Source: an uncultured Ruminococcus sp. (GTDB taxonomy: Bacteria; Bacillota; Clostridia; Oscillospirales; Acutalibacteraceae). Taken from it: 39,099 bases of DNA. The first letter of the stretch is position 1. Every line of letters begins with the position of its first letter. The notes beneath the pieces were generated by a model that searched no databases, was not told the DNA's origin, and saw only the letters and a program-made list of their open reading frames with translations. Below, piece by piece: positions 35,072 to 39,099 of the stretch. The stretch spans positions 1-39,099 of the forward strand of contig CADCPT010000283.1 in the NCBI GenBank assembly GCA_902803385.1, written 5' to 3'. The position numbers and the translations under genes were made by a program.

Positions 35072-35761
35072 ATGAAAAAAATAACACGAAAATCATTAGT
35101 GATCGCTTTTTCTGCTGCAGCTCTTTCGCTTGCACTGGTATTTACAGTCTGGGCGTATTTTGCGGCGCATGATGATAAGAATAATGTCTTTACTATCGGT
35201 AACATCGGAACGGTTACAAATGCTTCTGAAAGCCGTCAGATTTCTGAAACGTTTTCATCTCCGGAGATACAGGCTGTAAATGAAACCGTTACCAAAACCG
35301 TTAGCGTGAGGAACAATTCGTCTAACAAATGCTTTGCCCGTATGTATTTTGACTTTTCAGACAGTAAGATAAGAGATAATGCAAAAATATATGTCGGAGA
35401 AACAGAATACAGCTGGTCGGATTTTATAAGTACAGCAAAAGGTGCTGGTATCAATGGCTGGAAATATATTGATCCGAGTGAAAATAATACAGCTCTTGCA
35501 GGGTATTTCTATTATATGACGGCACTTGATGCAAAGAGCGGAAACAGTATTCCCACAACTCAGCCATTGTTTACTTCCGTAAAAACAGATTTCAGAAAAG
35601 ATACTGTTCCGGATGGTCTGTCTCAGGAGGATTTCATTAAGAACTATAATATAATAGTTTACAGTGAGACTGTTCAGACTGTAGAAACGAGCACAGGACT
35701 CGATTATTCATCAACAAACAACTGGAAGGAAGCTTGGCAAAGCTTCCTAAAGGTTACATGA
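35072..35761 (+). CDS. Second TasA/BsaA/camelysin-like protein with a SipW-dependent-type signal peptide.
   Basis: The N-terminus MKKITRKSLVIAFSAAALSLALVFTVWAYFAAHDDKNNVFTIGNIG has a textbook 'AYF..' junction followed by N-x-F-x-x-G. Later motifs are NGWKYI, GYFYYMTAL and PLFTSV. The ATG at 35072 lies 11 nt after GGAGGA and 5 nt after the upstream stop. Confidence 0.75.
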   Translation: MKKITRKSLVIAFSAAALSLALVFTVWAYFAAHDDKNNVFTIGNIGTVTNASESRQISETFSSPEIQAVNETVTKTVSVRNNSSNKCFARMYFDFSDSKIRDNAKIYVGETEYSWSDFISTAKGAGINGWKYIDPSENNTALAGYFYYMTALDAKSGNSIPTTQPLFTSVKTDFRKDTVPDGLSQEDFIKNYNIIVYSETVQTVETSTGLDYSSTNNWKEAWQSFLKVT

Positions 35762-35764
35762 TCT

Positions 35765-35806
35765 AAAAAAGTCTCAGGGCGGCTTTACCGCTCTGAGATT
35801 TTTTAT
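35765..35806. terminator. Bidirectional intrinsic terminator between the TasA-like pair (+) and upp (-).
   Basis: aaaaaagtctcagggcgg-cttta-ccgctctgagatttttt has A and T runs on both sides. Confidence 0.85.
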
Positions 35807-35814
35807 ATGTTCTA

Positions 35815-36444
35815 TTATTTTGTTCCGAAGATTCTGTCTCCTGCATCTCCCAGGCCGGGGCAGATATATGCGTCTTTGTTGAGACAACGATCAACAGACC
35901 CGATATAAAGCTGTACGTCCGGATGTTTTTCCGTAAAAGCGGCAACTCCCTCCGGTGCAGCAATAATACACATGCACTTTATTCGTTTTCCGCCCTGTCG
36001 TTTTATTTCATCAACAGCGTCAATAAGAGAGCCTCCTGTCGCGAGCATGGGATCAACAACTATTATGAGTCTTTCCTCTATAAACGGCGGAAGCTTACAG
36101 TAATAAGAATGAGGAATGTGTGTTTCTTCATCTCTGTACATTCCGATATGACCGACCTTTGCATTCGGGATCAGTGCTAATACACCGCCAACCATTCCGA
36201 GCCCTGCACGGAGTATCGGTACGACCGCAGGTTTTCTGCCGTCTATTACTGGTTGGATCGTTTCTTCAATTGGTGTTTTGATCTCGATATTTTTCGTTTC
36301 AAGATCAGACAGCGCTTCATATCCCATAAGCATTGCGATCTCCTCAACAAGCTTGCGGAATTCATTTGTGCCTGTGCTTTCCATTCTGAGCATGGTTATT
36401 TTATGTTTAATCAGCGGATGATCCATTACTTTTACATTTGACAT
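35815..36444 (-). CDS. upp: Uracil phosphoribosyltransferase.
   Basis: [17 protein letters not shown], the PRPP-binding loop [11 protein letters not shown] and [14 protein letters not shown] are all canonical Upp blocks. RBS GGAGG is present. Confidence 0.95.
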   Translation of the reverse strand: MSNVKVMDHPLIKHKITMLRMESTGTNEFRKLVEEIAMLMGYEALSDLETKNIEIKTPIEETIQPVIDGRKPAVVPILRAGLGMVGGVLALIPNAKVGHIGMYRDEETHIPHSYYCKLPPFIEERLIIVVDPMLATGGSLIDAVDEIKRQGGKRIKCMCIIAAPEGVAAFTEKHPDVQLYIGSVDRCLNKDAYICPGLGDAGDRIFGTK

Positions 36445-36476
36445 TGTATTTCCTCCGTTTCATTATCTATACTATA

Positions 36477-36505
36477 ATAATACTGAATTATGTGACTAAA
36501 GTCAA
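36477..36505 (-). promoter_or_regulatory. SigmaA promoter of upp.
   Basis: The minus strand reads TTGACT-17 nt-TATTAT, about 30 nt upstream of the upp ATG. Confidence 0.55.
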
Positions 36506-36630
36506 TTATATCTATAGATATGTTTTCGTTTTTTTAAGTATAGATCGAGAGGTTTACATACGTCTGTGGAATTACAGTCTGGCTCTCAAAGAGTACAGAA
36601 AAACAAGGATTTTCGTCGTGTAAAATAAAG

Positions 36631-36675
36631 ACTCAGGGGAACAGCCGTTGTGACTGTCCCCCTTTTGATTTTTTG
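36631..36675 (-). terminator. Intrinsic terminator downstream of the Pmp-repeat protein gene.
   Basis: The stem ggggaacag/ctgtcccc has one bulge and is flanked by T-rich runs on both strands. It lies about 87 nt past the stop at 36749. Confidence 0.6.
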
Positions 36676-36748
36676 ATACTCAATTCTTTTCTCTACAAGC
36701 TGTCTAATAATTGTATCTTGATTATTTGCAAGTATTGATATCTTACAG

Positions 36749-38899
36749 TCAATTCTTAACGATTTCGACCCAGTAGGAGCTGGTCATGCTGCCCTTGTAT
36801 CTGTTGATCTTGTAAGCGTTTGTGTCGTAGCTGAAAACATTCTTAGTATTGTCATAAGCGGTCTTGTTTTCGATTCTTGCTACATCGAGGTATCTGTCTG
36901 ATGTCGGGCTGGTTATACCGATTCTGGAGTTCGGGTCGATCTTCTCGCTGATGGTGAATATGCACTTAGAGGTGGTGTTCTCTCCGAGGAACGCGTTGTT
37001 TGTTTTGCCGTTTGAGAGCTTATTATCGATGATGGTGATCATTCCTTTAATTTCGGGGTCGCAGGAGGATGAGCTTCCTTTCTGAGCGTAGATTCCGCCG
37101 CCTTCTTCATTGGCTTCGTTGCCTGTGATGCTGGTATCCCAGAGGTTGAGATAGTTCATTGAGTCACAGTAGATCGCACCGCCCTTTTTGCCGGATTTGT
37201 TGCCGGTAAAGGTCGAACCTCTGAGCCACAGTGAGCTGCATAAATTGTAGCCTCTGTAGTCAAAGCAGATGGCACCGCCGCTGCCGGTTGAAGAATTGTT
37301 CCTGAAGGTGCAGTCTCTGATTGATGTGTCATAGTTCGCGTAAACTGCGCCGCCTTCATTTGCGGAATTATTGATGAAGTCGCAGTTTCTGACATTGAGG
37401 GAGACATCCAGGAGATTAAAGTCCTTTAAGAAGCGGATAGCGCCGCCGCTCTTGCCGTAGTTTCCGTCGAAAGTGCATTTTTTGATATCCGCACTTGCGT
37501 TGTTGATATAGACCGCGGTCTTGTTGTTGTTCTTGAAGGTGCAGTTTTCTGCGTTCAGCTTGCCGCCATTATTCTCTACGCCGGAATCCGATGCATCTTT
37601 GACGGTAATGCCGTTGAGGTTGAGAGTGCCGCTGTTAAGCCTTATTCCGCTGACGGAGCCCATGTTGTTGCTTGAATCAATGATGTTGAGCGTGCCGTCA
37701 TCAACGGTGGCGTCAAACTTTCTGCTGCCGGAATGGATAATGGAATGACCGTTGAGGTCGAGGGTGACATTCTGACTGTTCACATAAAGTCCGCCGTCTT
37801 TGAAGTTTTCATTTGCCTTGTAGTAAAAAACGTCCTTGGAAAAATCTGAATTGTTCCAATCCTTGACAAGCTGAATGGTACCGTTGTTCTTTGCTGCATA
37901 GACCCAAGCGTCGCCGAGTGAGAACATTTCTGTGGTTTTGCCGCCAACAGTGACATTCGCAACAGTGAGGCTGTTCAGTTCTTCCTTTGACTCGTTGTAC
38001 TTTTTGCATACCTCTGCGGCCTTGCGGCAATATAACTCAATATCGTTCTTTGCGGAATTCTGAATGCTTTCCATAGTTGCCTTGTCGATCTTTCCGTCAT
38101 CATAGTTCAACTTAGCTAAATTGTACTTTGAGTTGAGACCGGTCGTCAGATTTGCAAAGAGGAGTGCGTACTGCTCCATTACCATAGTTTCAAAGCTTGT
38201 GCAGTCACTTTTGACTTTAGCCGCATCATTGTTGTTGCTCTCATCGGCTTTTGCAAGCTCGAGGTACTGGCTGAAGGTGGGGAGGCCTTTAACTCCGGCC
38301 TGACCGTTTATGATAAGATTGCTTAGATCCATGAAAGCAATTGTAACGTTTTCCTTGTCAATGGTAACGTCGATAATATTTTGAAAATCCTGCGCACAAT
38401 AGTTATCTTCATTATACAGCGAGATCTGAGCCATAGCATTTTCGTTATAGCCTTCGATGCTGGTTATGATATTCGCAAGATTCTGAAGCTTTGTGATGTC
38501 GGTAAGTTCCTTTATCTGCTGGGTCTGACTGTTGTAGTGATCGTCAATTTTAGTGGAAAGCTCGTTTACCAGTTTGATGATGTCAGCTGCGGTGGGCTCG
38601 GGTGCTATCGAATCTTTGTATACACACTGGAAGGCTCCAAGAGCACCTGACATTATGATACCTGCAACGGGATTGGCAGCTGTTACAACTCCCGCGAGTG
38701 CGTTGGCACCGCTGAAGAAGGCATCGGAGGCAGGACTCTTACGGACAACGAGCGCCTGTGCACTCTGTGTGGTAAGATACGGAACGTTTACTGCGCTTGC
38801 AGTTGTCGCATACATCGCGCCTGTAGAAAGCATCATTACTGCTGCCATTGCGCTTGCAATAACTCTCTTGAAGTTGGTTGATTTTTTTGTTCTTTTCAT
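36749..38899 (-). CDS. Secreted two-part protein with an N-terminal alpha-helical region and a C-terminal right-handed beta-helix made of polymorphic-membrane-protein (Pmp)-type repeats.
   Basis: The signal peptide is MKRTKKSTNFKRVIASAMAAVMMLSTGAMYATTASA/VN. FxxN...GGA[IV] units recur five or more times: CTFDGNYGKSGGAIRF, CDFINNSANEGGAVYA, CTFRNNSSTGSGGAICF, STFTGNKSGKKGGAIYC, SITGNEANEEGGGIYA. An alternative in-frame start at 38968 also has AAGGAG-9 nt-ATG. Confidence 0.75.
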   Translation of the reverse strand: MKRTKKSTNFKRVIASAMAAVMMLSTGAMYATTASAVNVPYLTTQSAQALVVRKSPASDAFFSGANALAGVVTAANPVAGIIMSGALGAFQCVYKDSIAPEPTAADIIKLVNELSTKIDDHYNSQTQQIKELTDITKLQNLANIITSIEGYNENAMAQISLYNEDNYCAQDFQNIIDVTIDKENVTIAFMDLSNLIINGQAGVKGLPTFSQYLELAKADESNNNDAAKVKSDCTSFETMVMEQYALLFANLTTGLNSKYNLAKLNYDDGKIDKATMESIQNSAKNDIELYCRKAAEVCKKYNESKEELNSLTVANVTVGGKTTEMFSLGDAWVYAAKNNGTIQLVKDWNNSDFSKDVFYYKANENFKDGGLYVNSQNVTLDLNGHSIIHSGSRKFDATVDDGTLNIIDSSNNMGSVSGIRLNSGTLNLNGITVKDASDSGVENNGGKLNAENCTFKNNNKTAVYINNASADIKKCTFDGNYGKSGGAIRFLKDFNLLDVSLNVRNCDFINNSANEGGAVYANYDTSIRDCTFRNNSSTGSGGAICFDYRGYNLCSSLWLRGSTFTGNKSGKKGGAIYCDSMNYLNLWDTSITGNEANEEGGGIYAQKGSSSSCDPEIKGMITIIDNKLSNGKTNNAFLGENTTSKCIFTISEKIDPNSRIGITSPTSDRYLDVARIENKTAYDNTKNVFSYDTNAYKINRYKGSMTSSYWVEIVKN

Positions 38900-39099
38900 T
38901 TCGATACACTCCTTGTTTTTATTCTGGTTTACTGTGTTGTCCTTTTTAAGAATTACGGTTGTTTTCATTTTGATTCGCTCCTTTTATTTTTTTGAGGTGT
39001 TCCCCTCTGTTGTGAAATTGTCAATATTACTTGACACAATTTGAACGAACGATTTCAGGCAGCCAAGGACACCTTGCTATAGTAAAGGCTTCTCTTAAC

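Noticed and set aside
36438-36623. A 61-aa plus-strand ORF between upp and the Pmp-repeat gene.
   Set aside because: It overlaps the upp promoter and RBS region, is AT-rich, has no RBS and shows an implausible composition.
36445-36630. A PyrR-binding attenuator upstream of upp.
   Set aside because: The only partial resemblance to the ARUCCAGAGAGGYU motif (tcgagaggttt) is on the wrong strand, and no terminator/antiterminator pair follows the upp promoter.

Overview
This window looks like a chromosomal segment of a low-GC, spore-forming Firmicute (Clostridia-like). That call rests on an orphan spoVAD, a sufCBDSU operon, AGGAGG-type ribosome-binding sites and sigmaA-type promoters. I could not run BLAST or HMM searches, so every call rests on motifs read directly from the translations and DNA.

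Gene order, left to right:
- (-) A tightly coupled NUDIX hydrolase / Rsm22-like SAM methyltransferase / small alarmone synthetase operon.
- (+) A D-Ala-D-Ala carboxypeptidase lipoprotein and a GNAT acetyltransferase.
- (+) A 1035-aa membrane sensor with two extracytoplasmic 7-bladed propellers, a Y_Y_Y domain and a cytoplasmic HD-GYP domain.
- (+) A SEC-C-tagged methionine aminopeptidase and a nucleoside 2-deoxyribosyltransferase-like protein.
- (+) A CNNM/CorC transporter and an orphan spoVAD.
- (+) sufC-sufB-sufD-sufS-sufU.
- (+) A single 16.77-kb ORF (5589 aa) for a secreted giant protein, followed by two translationally coupled TasA/BsaA/camelysin-like proteins with SipW-type signal peptides.
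- (-) upp and a secreted Pmp-repeat beta-helix protein.

The giant protein is built from more than 20 CnaB-like domains, several SpaA/prealbumin-like domains and a roughly 500-aa insert of starch-binding-module-like (CBM25/26-like) repeats. It has no LPXTG or any other recognisable anchor.

The most interesting candidate is the locus at 17272-35761. An anchor-less giant glycan-binding adhesin sits next to a TasA-like fibre pair, with no sortase or sipW in the window. This may be a non-sortase surface-fibre or display system.

The second notable signal is a dispersed composite intergenic repeat family. There are three clear copies and a degenerate locus. Its hairpins are kept by compensatory changes, and it appears to supply the terminators for three genes.

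No tRNA, rRNA, CRISPR array, transposase or integrase was seen.
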